64,000 nt of DNA from contig CAXHJY010001352.1 of assembly GCA_964016885.1 (NCBI GenBank), positions 677 to 64,676 of the forward strand, written 5' to 3'. The position numbers were made by a program, and so were the translations under genes. How positions within the stretch are numbered: the stretch's first letter is position 1; every line of letters starts with the position of its first letter. This document shows positions 25,492 through 39,527 of this stretch, one piece after another. The DNA comes from Eledone cirrhosa. Taxonomy: Eukaryota. The notes beneath the pieces are model-generated. The model worked only from the letters and a program-made list of their open reading frames with translations, did no database searches and was not told the origin of the DNA.

Positions 25492-25685
25492 CATATATAT
25501 ACATACATATATATATATATATACATACATATATATATATATATACATACATATATATATATATATACATACATATATATATATATATACATACATATAT
25601 ATATATATATACATACATATATATATATATATACATACATATATATATATATATACATACATATATATATATATATACATACAGA

Positions 25686-25723
<38 letters not shown>

Positions 25724-25760
25724 CATACATACATATATATATACATACATATATATATAT

Positions 25761-25803
<43 letters not shown>

Positions 25804-26012
25804 TACATATATATATATATATATATATACAGATACATATATATATATACACATATATATATACACATACATATATATATATATATACACATACATATAT
25901 ATATATACACATACATATATATATATACACATACATATATATATATATACACATACATATATATATATACACATACATATATATATATACACATACATAT
26001 ATATATATATAT

Positions 26013-26057
<45 letters not shown>

Positions 26058-26094
26058 TATATATATATATAAATACACACACATATATATATAT

Positions 26095-26131
<37 letters not shown>

Positions 26132-26212
26132 CATATATATATACACATACATATATATATATATACACATACACATATATATATATATATACATACATAT
26201 ATATATATATAT

Positions 26213-26243
<31 letters not shown>

Positions 26244-26352
26244 CATACATACATATATATATATACATACATATATATATATATACATACATATATATAT
26301 ATATACACATACACATATATATATATATATACATACATATATATACATATAT

Positions 26353-26395
<43 letters not shown>

Positions 26396-26464
26396 CATAT
26401 ATATATATATATACATACATATTATATATATATACATACATATATATATATATATACATACATA
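23857..26464. repeat. ~2.6-kb (TA)n/(TACA)n microsatellite
   Basis: Low-complexity tract. Confidence 0.95.
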
Positions 26465-27073
26465 TGGTGGCTGCCAACTCGTTTTCGAGTACGGCCACTA
26501 CTTTATATCCATGTAGGAGAACCCCTACTGATGCGCTGAACGAGTGTGACTTTTTAGTCCAGCCAGCGACTTGAAAGCTCTGGTACAAACACTACACTTG
26601 TGACAATTATTGACACATAGTGCTGGGCCCATGGTACCATGTGACGACAAATGCAGAGAGATCTCCAGATATAAAGCAATGCCTGTGCCGTGAAGCTTTT
26701 ATAGTGAGCAAAGGCACTGCACAAAGCCAGTCCCACTCTCTTAACCAAGATGATATTTACCAAAAAGAAGAACAAGTCAACATCATTGGATACCATCAGG
26801 GTTGCAGGTGTTATATCAGAGTTTTCCTTCTCCTAGAATTCTGCCTTGACAAAGGCTAAGGGGTCATCTCTCCCGGTGATTTTGGATGGCCATTGACTCT
26901 TAAGAGCTCCTTTGCCTTTTGACAGGTTTTGTTTTTAGTCCTGCAGGATGTCCAAAGTCACCCTCCTCACCAAGAAACCTTGGTGGGGTTGCCAGTTTAG
27001 TCGCCAACGACCCGACCATGGGACAGGTTGTACTGGAATACATGTTACCAGTAGCACCAACTGGTGACCTGAC
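26465..27073 (-). mobile_element. Short internally deleted (bipartite) RTE-type element: 5'-UTR-like part joined to a C-terminal C2H2 remnant and 3' UTR
   Basis: Minus strand has ggcagaattctaggagaaggaaaactctga (RTE 5'-UTR-like motif, recognised from memory) and [23 protein letters not shown] near 26525-26596; both flanks are (TA)n. Confidence 0.5.
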
Positions 27074-27109
27074 ATATATACATACATATATATATATATA
27101 TACATACAT

Positions 27110-27170
27110 ACTCTTTTACTCTTTTACCTGTTTCAGCCATCCGGCTGAGGCCATGCTGGGGCACCGCCCT
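27110..27170 (-). mobile_element. SINE 3'-end fragment with (GTAAAAGA)n tail
   Basis: Minus strand ggcggtgccccagcatggcctcagccggatggctgaaacaggtaaaagagtaaaagag. Confidence 0.55.
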
Positions 27171-27239
27171 TGTTGCTACACATTTTATCTCCAGCCTGTA
27201 TAGGTTGGCCACTGGTGTAGGAGGGAGTTTGTTGCTGCT

Positions 27240-29232
<1,993 letters not shown>

Positions 29233-29234
29233 AC

Positions 29235-30857
29235 AAAGGTAAACCCCTCTACTTAGCTTTTGTTGACTTGGAGAAAGCCTTCGACAGAGTCCCCCGCTCC
29301 ATTATCTGGTGGGCTCTTAGAAAACTAGGTGTTGATGAATGGCTTGTGAGGGCTATACAAGCCATATATAAAGAAACAGTCAGCAAGGTTAGAATTAACA
29401 ACGAATATAGTGAAGAGTTTAGCGTAAAAGTTGGTGTCCATCAGGGCTCTGTTCTCAGCCCCCTACTATTTATTATTGCCCTTCAGGCTATAACAGAGGA
29501 GTTCAAGACCGGCTGCCCATGGGAACTCCTATACGCAGACGACCTAACACTCATAGCTGAATCAATGGCCGAGCTAGAGAAGAAATTCCAAACATAGAAG
29601 CACGGCCTAGAATCAAAAAGCCTTAAAATTAACCTGGCTAAGACTAAAGTTCTAGTTTGTAGGAAAGAAAATAAGGCGGCGGTCCCTTCCGGGAAATGGC
29701 CATGCTCAGTGTGTAGGAAAGGCGTAGGTAGAAACTCCATTTTATGTCCCAAATGCAAAGTATGGGTGCATAAAAGATGTAGTGGGAACACAGGTAAGCT
29801 AACTAAGAACTTAGATTTTACATGTGGGCGGTGCTCTGGTGCAATAAGTAGCAGCAAGTGCCCAATAAATACTAACTCTTTCAATTGCGCAGAGGGCTCT
29901 ATAGAAATAGTGGACAGCTTCCGTTACCTGGGTGACAAAATCAGCAGTGGGGGAGGGTGCTCTGAAAGTACAGTAGCTAGAGTCAGAACTGGATGGAAAA
30001 AGTTCAGAGAGCTTATACCACTATTAGCCGCTAAAGGGTTCTCCCTAAAAATGAAAGGCAGATTGTATGATGCTTGCATACGAACAGCAATGTTGCATGG
30101 CAGTGAGACCTGGGCATTGTGTGCAGAGGATATACGCAGACTAGAGGGGAACGAAGCTTGCATGCTCCGCTGGATGTGCAATAGTAATATACGTGAACGG
30201 CAAAGCATAAACGAACTAAGGAAAAAATTAGAAATAAGAGGGATCAGATGTTGTTTACTTGAGAGAAGGCTTCGTTGGTACGGACACGTGATGCGCATGA
30301 AAGATGACAGCTGCATAACAAAGTGCAGGGCAATAAAGATAGACGGTAGCCATGGAGTAGGCAGACCTAGAAAATCCTGGGACGAGCTGATAAACTCCGA
30401 CCTCACACACTTACACCTCTCCAAGACAATGTCACTGGACCGAGACCTTTGGCGGTACTCAGTAATAGAGAAGACCCGCCTTACCTAAATACATAGGCAT
30501 CTCTAACAAAATACACCCCCGTCCCACCACCCACACCCCATCCACACAACCCCCTTCTATGTAAAGTTATGTTGGTGCCACAACATCCAGGCCGAAACAA
30601 ATGAGATCGTTTAGGTGTCACGACAAAAAAACACACAGTCCACGCTGTAATGTGGCCGTGTAGGCAACACGGTAAAAACCTCCCAGCCCCACACTGTAAA
30701 TGTGGTTGGTGTTAGGAAGGGCATCCAACTGTAGAAAACCTGCCAGACAGTCCTATGCGAGCAAGACAACCACTCTTGCCTCAAGTGGGACTACCCCCGT
30801 CCAAACCCATGCAAGCGTGGAACACGGTCGTTAAACGTTGATGATGATGATGATGAT
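29235..30857 (+). mobile_element. 5'-truncated RTE LINE (second subfamily), one in-frame stop at 29595
   Basis: [17 protein letters not shown] to YSVIEKTRLT in one frame with TAG replacing W; PHD finger present; 3' UTR and (GAT)n tail. Confidence 0.9.
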
Positions 30858-30929
30858 ACATACATATATATATATATACATACATATATATATATATATA
30901 CATACATATATATATATATATATACATAC

Positions 30930-30963
<34 letters not shown>

Positions 30964-31097
30964 ATATACATATATACATACATACATACACATACATACA
31001 CATATATATATACATACATATACATACATATATATATATACATACATATACATACATATATATATATACATACATATACATACATATATACATACAT

Positions 31098-31134
<37 letters not shown>

Positions 31135-31222
31135 CATACATATATATATATACATACATATATATATATACATACATATATATATATACATACATATATA
31201 CATACATATATATATATACATG

Positions 31223-31253
<31 letters not shown>

Positions 31254-31260
31254 ATAAATA
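30858..31260. repeat. (TA)n/(TACA)n microsatellite
   Basis: Low-complexity tract. Confidence 0.9.
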
Positions 31261-31878
31261 CAAAGTAAAAACCTACTACAGTCAGTAGGCACCTCTATCA
31301 AAACACACCCCCGTCCCACCACCTCCACCCCATCCACACCGCCCCTTTCAATGTAAAGTTATGTTGGTCCCACAACATCCAGGCCGAAACAAATGAGATC
31401 GTGTAGGTGTCACGACAAAAAACACACAGTCCACGCTGTAAATGTGGCCGTGTAGGCAACACGGTAAAAACCTCCCAGCCCCACACTGTAAATGTGGTTG
31501 GTGTTAGGAAGGGCATCCAGCCGTAGAAAACCCGCCAGACAGTCCACGCTGTAATGTGGCCGTGTAGGCAACACGGTAAAAACCTCCCAGCCCCACACTG
31601 TAAATGTGGTTGGTGTTAGGAAGGGCATCCAGCTGTAGAAAACCCGCCAGACAGTCCACGCTGTAATGTGGCCGTGTAGGCAACACGGTAAAAACCTCCC
31701 AGCCCCACACTGTAAATGTGGTTGGTGTTAGGAAGGGCATCCAACTGTAGAAAACCCGCCAGACAGTCCTATGCGAGCAAGACAACCACTCTTGCCTCAA
31801 GTGGGAAAACCCCCGTCCAAACCCATGCAAGCGTGGAACACGGACGCTAAACCTGATGATGATGATGATGATGATGAT
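31261..31878 (+). mobile_element. RTE 3' UTR fragment with a 112-bp segment triplicated
   Basis: cagtccacgctgtaa... at ~31427, 31540 and 31652 (single copy in 30636-30750); (GAT)n tail. Confidence 0.85.
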
Positions 31879-31889
31879 ATATATATATG

Positions 31890-31999
31890 TATGAGGTTGG
31901 TGTTAGGAAGGGCATCCAGCTGTAGAAATCAAGCCAGAATCAGTTCCTGTCCTACCCCTGCAAACAGGGAATAACGGACGTAAAAGGATGATGATGATG

Positions 32000-32000
<1 letters not shown>
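31890..32000 (+). mobile_element. SINE family B / RTE 3'-end fragment
   Basis: atgaggttggtgttaggaagggcatccagctgtagaaatcaagccagaatc...gatgatgat. Confidence 0.75.
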
Positions 32001-32073
<73 letters not shown>

Positions 32074-32078
<5 letters not shown>

Positions 32079-32350
32079 GATGAAATCAAAAATGCAACTG
32101 GAGTCTTATTTTAAAAAAAATATATATATTTATTTGGTTCCTTTACCGGTTTCGCAGTTCTTCTGCTTTTCAAAATTAGAGTTGAGATGGAGGTTCTGTG
32201 GTTTTCCTCACAAGAGAAAAACCACAGACCCTCCATCTCAACTCTACTTTTGAAAAGCAGAAGAACTGCGAAACCGGTAAAGGAACCAAATAAATATATA
32301 TATATTTTTTTAAATAAGACTCCAGTTGCATTTTCGATTTCATCTTTTTT
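32074..32350. repeat. Foldback inverted repeat (~135-bp arms, 4-nt loop) derived from a Penelope-like pLTR
   Basis: The left arm is a near-perfect reverse complement of the right arm around ctc-acaa-gag (32207-32216). Confidence 0.85.
32247..32282 (+). ncRNA. Minimal type I hammerhead ribozyme motif (U3-A8 variant)
   Basis: ctt-TTGAAAA-gcag-aagaa-ctgc-GAAA-ccgg-TA-aag: stem I ctt/aag, stem II gcag/ctgc, palindromic ACCGGT stem III; mirrored on the minus strand in the left arm. Confidence 0.6.
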
Positions 32351-32413
32351 TCTTTATACTTTCACTCGTGTAGGACACCTCGGTTATTTTTCATTTTGTA
32401 AAAAAAACCTCAC

Positions 32414-32454
<41 letters not shown>

Positions 32455-32770
32455 GGAGGTGAGTTTTATTGTAGTACAATAAAGCAATGCAGATATCGGA
32501 TAAGAAGCACTCTACAGTTTGTAGGACTGGAGTATACATAATATATAAGATATGTTGATTTAAAACTGCACTATCCACAAGTGTTTTTTAACCTTCATAT
32601 CATGTCTTCCTATTTTATCTTATGAAAACACAAATATTATTGCATGATGATGTTTGTTTTTGAAATGCACATAATAAAATACATGGAACTCTTTTAACCA
32701 TCTTTTGATCTTATATATTATATATATATATAGTTAAAAGAATAGAGGTGTAACACACAAGTTATTATAT

Positions 32771-33150
32771 ATTGGTAAACGGAATAGAAAATGCTGACAA
32801 ATTGTTCACAGTTGAAAAATGGTTTAATTAGGAATAAAAGAGTATTAGTGATTGTATGGGTTAGTATTCAGTTGTGGTTTTAAGTTTTTAAGTTTTTACC
32901 GGTTGCGCATTTCTAAATGCTTTTCAAAAATAATTTTGAGATAGAGTGTCCGTGTTGATCAGAGCAAACAACACGGACACTCTATCTCAAAATTATTTTT
33001 GAAAAGCATTTAGGAATGCGCAACCGGTAAAAACTTAAAAACTTAAAACCACAACTGAATACTAACCCATACAATCACTAATACTCTTTTATTCCTAATT
33101 AAACCATTTTTCAACTGTGAATAATTTGTCAGCATTTTCTATTCCGTTTA

Positions 33151-33155
<5 letters not shown>
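32771..33155. repeat. Foldback inverted repeat (~187-bp arms, 11-nt loop) with a degenerate hammerhead motif
   Basis: attggtaaacggaatag...gtgttg / caacac...ctattccgtttaccaat with very few mismatches; ttt-TTGAAAA-gcatt-tagg-aatgc-GCAA-ccgg-TA-aaa at ~32996-33032. Confidence 0.85.
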
Positions 33156-33188
<33 letters not shown>

Positions 33189-33306
33189 TATATATACACA
33201 CACACACACACTCTCATGCATATACACGTATACACACATTCATATTAATATATTTATATAGTAAAGCACTTTACTATTAGGATTATATATATCTATATAT
33301 GTTGCC

Positions 33307-33587
33307 TTGGCTGCTATTTCTAGCGCTAAAATTAAAACCGGAAGTGGACAAGATGAAAAAGTTACCTAAAATTCAGTCTCAACTTTTTAAACAATAGATT
33401 TTTTTATGTCAACAAACGGAGAATATTTGGCAAGAAAGATAACTCTTGTCTTACTTAAAGCCGGAAATTGAGTTAAAAATTTTGCGGGTCTGCAGTTTAT
33501 ATAAACCTTCTTATTTGGTCTTGTTAACTGGCATTTGACTGCTATTTCTAGCATATATTAATAGACACTTTAGAAATAGCAGCCAAA
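33307..33587. repeat. Possible MITE-like element with ~16-bp terminal inverted repeats
   Basis: ttggctgctatttcta (33307) versus tagaaatagcagccaa (33572); internal direct copy at ~33535. Confidence 0.35.
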
Positions 33588-33839
33588 AGTCAGCTAACAA
33601 CACTATAGGAAACACCAGAAAGAAGGACTCATGCACACACACACACATATATATATATATAAATGTGTGTGTGAATTATTTTTCCCACATCTTACGTTAA
33701 CTATTTTCCCATTTTGACGCTATAGTCACTTATATATTATGGAATACTGTTGGCTTCTGGCTACCATAATTTCTATACTTTTCATATATATATATATATA
33801 TACATGTACATGTACACACACACAGACACGTGTGTGTGC

Positions 33840-33891
<52 letters not shown>

Positions 33892-34037
33892 GCGCACAAA
33901 TATATTAAAATATGTGCGTATATATATATAATATATGTATGTGTGTGTATATATGTGTATGTGTACTTATTCATACATACATATATATGTGTATATATAT
34001 ATATATACATATATATGTATATATATATATGTAAATA

Positions 34038-37000
34038 CATCATCATCATCATCATCATCACCGTTTTACGTCCGTTCTTCCACGCTAGCATGGGTTAGAC
34101 GGGTTGTCCTGTTGTGGGCAGTGTCTGGTCGGCTGACCATGCCTTGCTCATACAGGAACTGATCTGGCTTGATTTCTACAGCTGGATGCCCTTCCTAACA
34201 CCAACCTCATTTACAGTGAGTGCTGGGTGCTTTTTCGTGGCGCCTACACGTCCACTTTACAGTGTGGGCTGGGTGCTTTTTTGCCGTGGCACCTCCACGA
34301 CCACCTTGCGGTGGGTGGGGGGGGGGCATATTGTTTATATGCTTCAGCATGTACCCATGGGAGGTCGGGTACCCTGTATTACTGCGTGACGCCAGAAGTC
34401 ACGGTCGTGTGTCATTGACTTTGAGAGGTGTAGTTGGGTAAGGTCGGCTTTTATCACCTCATCCCAAGTCATCTTGGGTCTCCCCACTCCGCGGTTTCCA
34501 TCAACTTCTAGTGCTCTGCACCTTTTTATGCAGCTGTCATCCTTCATACGCATCACATGTCCATACCAGCGTAACCGCCTCTCCTGCACACAGCATTTGA
34601 TTCCTCTTATGCTCAGTCTCTCTCTCAATTCCTTTATGCTTTGTCGTTCACGTATATTACTGTTACACATCCATCGGAGCATGCAGGCTTCGTTTCTCTC
34701 TAATCTATGTAAGTCTTCCACCTTCAGCGCCCAGGTCTCACTACCATGCAACATCGCTGTTCGGATACACGCATCATACAGTCTGCCTTTCATTCTGAGG
34801 GAGAAGCCTTTTGCAGCTAGCAGTGGTAGTAGTTCCCTAAACTTCTTCCATCCCGTTCTTACCCTAGTTATTGTACTTTCTGAGCACCCACCTCCGTTGC
34901 TAATTCGGTCACCTAGGTAGCAGAAGCTGTCTACTGTTTCTACAGGGCCCTGCCAGAGATTGGTGGTACTTGTTTCCTGTGGCTGTTTGCTTGCTGTTTC
35001 AGCACAGCTGCTGCATGTGAATCCTACATTCTTAATTAAGCTTCCTGAGATCCCGCTACATCTCTTGTGTACCCATTGTTTGCATTTGGGGCAGAGAATG
35101 GAGTTCCTACCTACACCTTTCCTACATACTGAGCAAGGCCATTTCCCTGAGGGGATCTGGGTTCTGTTTTCTCGTCTACTTATAAGGACCTTAGTCTTTG
35201 TCATGTTGACTTTGAGGCCCTTTCTCTCTAGTCCCTGATTCCAGGTTTGGAATTTATTCTCTAGTTCTACCATAGATTCAGCTATGAGTGCGAGGTCATC
35301 AGCATACAGGAATTCCCATGGGCATCCGGTCTTAAACTCCTCCGTTATTGCCTGCAGGACTATGATGAACAGGAGAGGGCTAAGAACAGAGCCCTGGTGA
35401 ACCCCAACCTGTACGCTAAATTCCTCGCTATACTCATTGCCAATCCTAACTTTGCTGACTGCTCCCCTATACATGGCTTGTACCGCTTTCACAAGCCATT
35501 CATCTACTCCTAGTTTTCTAAGAGCCCACCAGATTACTGCACGTGGAACTCTGTCAAAGGCTTTCTCAAGGTCGACAAATGCCAAGTAGAGTGGCTTACT
35601 TTTAGCTAGGTACTTTTCCTGTAATTGCCTCACAAGGAAGAGGGCATCAGTGTTGCCTTTCCCTGGTACAAACCCAAATTGCATCTCGTCTATATTCACC
35701 CGGTCCCTAATCAGCTGTGCTATAACTCTTTCTGTTACTTTCATGACCTGGTCCATCAACTTTATACCTCTATAGTTTCCTCTATCTAGTGCATCACCTT
35801 TACCTTTGTAGCAGTTGACAATGATGCTACTGCACCAATCTTTTGGTATGGCCCCCTCTAGTATTACCTGGTTAACGATACGTGTGGTTATAGTGTGACC
35901 TACAGACCCAGATGCCTTCAGCATCTCGGCAGCTATACCCGATGGACCGGTTGCCTTCCCTATCTTCATATCTCTGATTGCCTTACTTACTACGCTGCCG
36001 CAGACTTGTACTGCTGGTCCCTCTATAGGGTCTACGTGGGGTAGGGTCTCTTCTTCCCATGCATTCTCCTCATTTAGTAATCTATCATAATGACTCTTCC
36101 ATGCATCTTTCTTCTCAGCACTTGTGAGCGCAAGCTCACCTTTATCATTCCGGATACACTTCTCTCCAATGACATCACAACTATCTCTGACACACTGCCT
36201 CGCAATCTTGAATACCTCCTGTTTCTGGTCCTCACGTTGTAAAACATGCTTGAATTTTCTATCCTCTGCTTCCCTCCTAGCTAAGTATACTTGTCGCCTA
36301 GCTTCCCTCTTGGTCTCTATGTAATGTACCCTGCTCCCCCCGTTCTTCCATTCTTTCCATGCCTGTCTCTTGGCCTTGACTGCTTCATCTACCTTATTGT
36401 TCCACCACCAAGTCACTCTCCTCCTGCTTGAGGTCTTACTCCAGCCACAAACCTCATCCGTCGCCTCTAGTAAGTTATTTTTTAGGAACTCCCAGTTCTC
36501 TTCTACGTTAAATGTCTCTATCTGTTCTTCTTTACTGTCGTAGGCGTTGAGTAAAATATCTTTAAGTCTGTTACTGGTTGAGGGGACTTTCAGCTTCCAG
36601 ATCTTTCTTCTCCAGGTTGGCCTCTGTTTCAGGGCTCGTCTAGTTCTGACCGTGAGGTCACTGACAACTAAGCTATGTTGGGATGTACATTCCTCACTAG
36701 GGAAGGCTTTTGTGTTTACGACCGTCCATCTGTCACGTCCTCTGATGAGGATAAAATCTAACTGACTAGAGTGCTCCCCTGATCTATAGGTGATCAGGTG
36801 GTTGTCGGGTTTTTTAAAGTTTGTGTTACATATCGACATGTCATTGGCGTCGCAGAATTCTAGAAGTCTGAATCCTTCCTCATTTCTTGTGCCAACCCCA
36901 TGGCCTCCATGTACTCTATTGAAGCCGTCGCAGTGTTTACCTACGTGTCCGTTAAAATCTCCTGCAATGATTAGGAAGTCCTTGTCGTCTGTTAGAGCAG

Positions 37001-37470
37001 TAGTGTGTATTAGGGACTCGTAAAACCTATCCTTAAGTTCGTCTGGCAGCCCCGATTGGGGTGCGTAAGCTGATATTATTGTGGTAATTGTCTTATTCAG
37101 GACTAGTCTGAGTTTAATGATTCTTGCATTTACCCTGTACACTGAGATTACTTTATCTACCCACTTGTCAGCTAATAGTATACCTACACCACCCATCCCA
37201 TCGTCATTTCCCACCCAGAAAAATTTGTAGCACTGGCTTTTTCCTACAAGGACTCTAGCAGACCCTCCTCTCCATCTAGTCTCTTGCACACAGCATACAT
37301 CAACTTCCTTTTGCTCTAGCATTTCTACGATTTCTCCTGCTCTTCCTTTCATTGAGCCTACATTGATGGTACCAACTCGGAGTTTTGGGCATTTGTCGAC
37401 ACTCGTAGGGGAGGGTCTCTGGGTTGGCGCTTCACATGGGTGCTTGGTAGCTCGCAGATTCATATTTCAT
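34038..37470 (-). mobile_element. RTE LINE copy 2, 5'-truncated 7 nt upstream of the ATG
   Basis: Reverse complement of 20424-23856 with few substitutions; (GAT)n tail at 34038-34060; (TA)n on both sides. Confidence 0.95.
34344..37463 (-). CDS. RTE-clade LINE ORF (1039 aa), intact
   Basis: Same protein as 20431-23550 with about 11 aa differences by my count. Confidence 0.95.
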   Translation of the reverse strand: MNLRATKHPCEAPTQRPSPTSVDKCPKLRVGTINVGSMKGRAGEIVEMLEQKEVDVCCVQETRWRGGSARVLVGKSQCYKFFWVGNDDGMGGVGILLADKWVDKVISVYRVNARIIKLRLVLNKTITTIISAYAPQSGLPDELKDRFYESLIHTTALTDDKDFLIIAGDFNGHVGKHCDGFNRVHGGHGVGTRNEEGFRLLEFCDANDMSICNTNFKKPDNHLITYRSGEHSSQLDFILIRGRDRWTVVNTKAFPSEECTSQHSLVVSDLTVRTRRALKQRPTWRRKIWKLKVPSTSNRLKDILLNAYDSKEEQIETFNVEENWEFLKNNLLEATDEVCGWSKTSSRRRVTWWWNNKVDEAVKAKRQAWKEWKNGGSRVHYIETKREARRQVYLARREAEDRKFKHVLQREDQKQEVFKIARQCVRDSCDVIGEKCIRNDKGELALTSAEKKDAWKSHYDRLLNEENAWEEETLPHVDPIEGPAVQVCGSVVSKAIRDMKIGKATGPSGIAAEMLKASGSVGHTITTRIVNQVILEGAIPKDWCSSIIVNCYKGKGDALDRGNYRGIKLMDQVMKVTERVIAQLIRDRVNIDEMQFGFVPGKGNTDALFLVRQLQEKYLAKSKPLYLAFVDLEKAFDRVPRAVIWWALRKLGVDEWLVKAVQAMYRGAVSKVRIGNEYSEEFSVQVGVHQGSVLSPLLFIIVLQAITEEFKTGCPWEFLYADDLALIAESMVELENKFQTWNQGLERKGLKVNMTKTKVLISRRENRTQIPSGKWPCSVCRKGVGRNSILCPKCKQWVHKRCSGISGSLIKNVGFTCSSCAETASKQPQETSTTNLWQGPVETVDSFCYLGDRISNGGGCSESTITRVRTGWKKFRELLPLLAAKGFSLRMKGRLYDACIRTAMLHGSETWALKVEDLHRLERNEACMLRWMCNSNIRERQSIKELRERLSIRGIKCCVQERRLRWYGHVMRMKDDSCIKRCRALEVDGNRGVGRPKMTWDEVIKADLTQLHLSKSMTHDRDFWRHAVIQGTRPPMGTC

Positions 37471-37504
37471 ATACATATATATATATATGTATATGTATGT
37501 ATAT

Positions 37505-37890
37505 GGAGGCACATGGCTTAGTGGTTAGAGCATTGGGCTTGCAATCGAAAGGTTGTGAGTTGAATTCTCAGACCGTGTGATGTGTTGTTTCCTTGAGCAA
37601 GACACTTCATTTCACATTGCTCCAGTTTACTCAGCTGTAGAAACGAGATGATAGGACTGGGGTCCTTATCATTCCACTGCAAAGTGGTCGTGGAGGTGCC
37701 ACGGCAAAAATAGCACCCAGCCCACACTGTAAAGTGGACGTGTAGGCGCCACGGCAAAAAAGCACCCAGCACTCACTGTAAATGAGGTTGGTGTTAGGAA
37801 GGGCATCCAGCTGTAGAGATCAAGCCAGAATCAGTTCCCATCCCACCCTTGCAAGCAGGGAAAAGCGGATGTAAAATGATGATGATGATG
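37505..37890 (+). mobile_element. SINE family B (full length)
   Basis: tRNA-like head, ccttgagcaagacact, RTE-type 3' UTR modules, (GAT)n tail. Confidence 0.8.
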
Positions 37891-38819
37891 ATTGATGAAC
37901 ATTTATTATGGTGAAATATGTTGGAAATCATTCTCAGATGTTTTGTATTGTAATTAACAAATACATCCTGTAGAAAGTACCCCTTCATATTACTTGTCAT
38001 TAAGGGCTATTACAGAGACACAATCTCATTTCATTGTTGAGGGTGGTGGATTGGCAGAATCAGTAGAGTGTCAGACGATATGTCATATAGTTACATCCCT
38101 TTACATTCTGAATTAAAATCCTACTGAGGTTAGCTTTAATTTTCTTCCTCACAGGTTCTGTAAAATAATTGTTTCTACTATTGGCACAAGGCCAGCAATT
38201 ACCCAGTGCAATTCTGGTACTTTATTTTATCGACCCCGTAAGGATGAGTTCATAGACTGACCAAGTTACTCTCATGGAATGAGACAATGTATACATACAA
38301 ATATATACTATATATATGTATACAAACACATATATATTGTATAGTGAAGTCATACAACATATGGTAATATCATGTTTTCAATTGTCAGTTAGGGAGGTAC
38401 ATTGTGTCCTTAAGCAAGACACATCATTCCACATGTCTCTAATCTCCACAGCTGAAAAAGACAAGTATCAGCTTTAGTTGGAGGTTTAGCATGGGTTGGA
38501 TCATTCCCGGCCTCCAACATTTTCCCTGCAGCCACAAACCCAGGCTTTACTACCTGTAATATAAGAGAAGAGGGAGATAGTTAAATACCGGGGCCTGACA
38601 AACCACTTCCTCTTTGTCCCCACACTGCTGATTTCCTCCTCAAAATTAGAAAGACAGCAGACTACTTGAGGAAGTAGTCCCATGAGGTGGGGTGGATGTT
38701 GTAGTGGGTGTCTCTGGCTATTCTCTGTGGTAACACCTTTGCCATTTTGTCTGTAGGGTGGGGCTGAATCACAGCTCAGACTGAAATATAAAGTCTGTCC
38801 CTCTCCCGTTATTTTCGTT

Positions 38820-39005
38820 GGATTGGCAGTGCCGGTAGAGCGTTGGACGCCATGCTTTGTAGCATAGAGTTTCCTCCCTTTATGATCTGAGTTCAAATCC
38901 CGCCGAGGTTAACTTTGCGTTTCATCCTTACGAGGTCGATAAAATAAAGTACCAGTAATGCACTAGGATGATTGCTGGCCTTGTGCCAAAAGTAGAAACA
39001 ATTAT
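38820..39005 (+). mobile_element. SINE family A with ~12-bp target-site duplication
   Basis: ttattttcgttg on both sides; empty site in the paralogous copy near 45707-45718. Confidence 0.75.
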
Positions 39006-39527
39006 TTTCGTTGCTTGATTCGTTGTTTTTTTTTCCAATACTTAAATATTTTATTACCTTTAATAATGTGTTTTGGTTTAATATGAACAGTTATATAAAA
39101 TTAATAACGTTATTTATTCAAATCTGAATAAAGTACTAGCATATCTATTGAACGTATGAATCTAAACTATAATAAAAGGATGAGTACGGGACTTGTACGG
39201 TTTATAATTGTTTATCCCATTAGTAAAATAAGTTGGATTACTTTGAATAAATAATTAATGAATATTACATAATTTATCTACTAAATTTCGTGGCCGTTGA
39301 TTAAATATATTTTGTTTATTTAAAGATTCACTTCTTTAAAATTTCTGAAATGCCAACACTTCCGGTTGGCCATCACTTCAATAAACTATTAATTTTCTGT
39401 CACTAATTTTCTCCTAATGCAGTTTATATATAATATCGTCTTTTTTAATGTATCATGGATTACGTTACTGATTACATAAGACAGTGTAACACAGTCTTTG
39501 TTCAATTTCTGTGTATTATATATTGTC

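Noticed and set aside
37505-37580. tRNA gene
   Set aside because: The tRNA-like A/B boxes continue into a SINE body and RTE tail, and there is no intact cloverleaf.
38501-38896. ORF conserved at three loci (38501, 45321, 49468)
   Set aside because: The similarity comes from recent segmental duplication; starts, ends and frames differ between copies.
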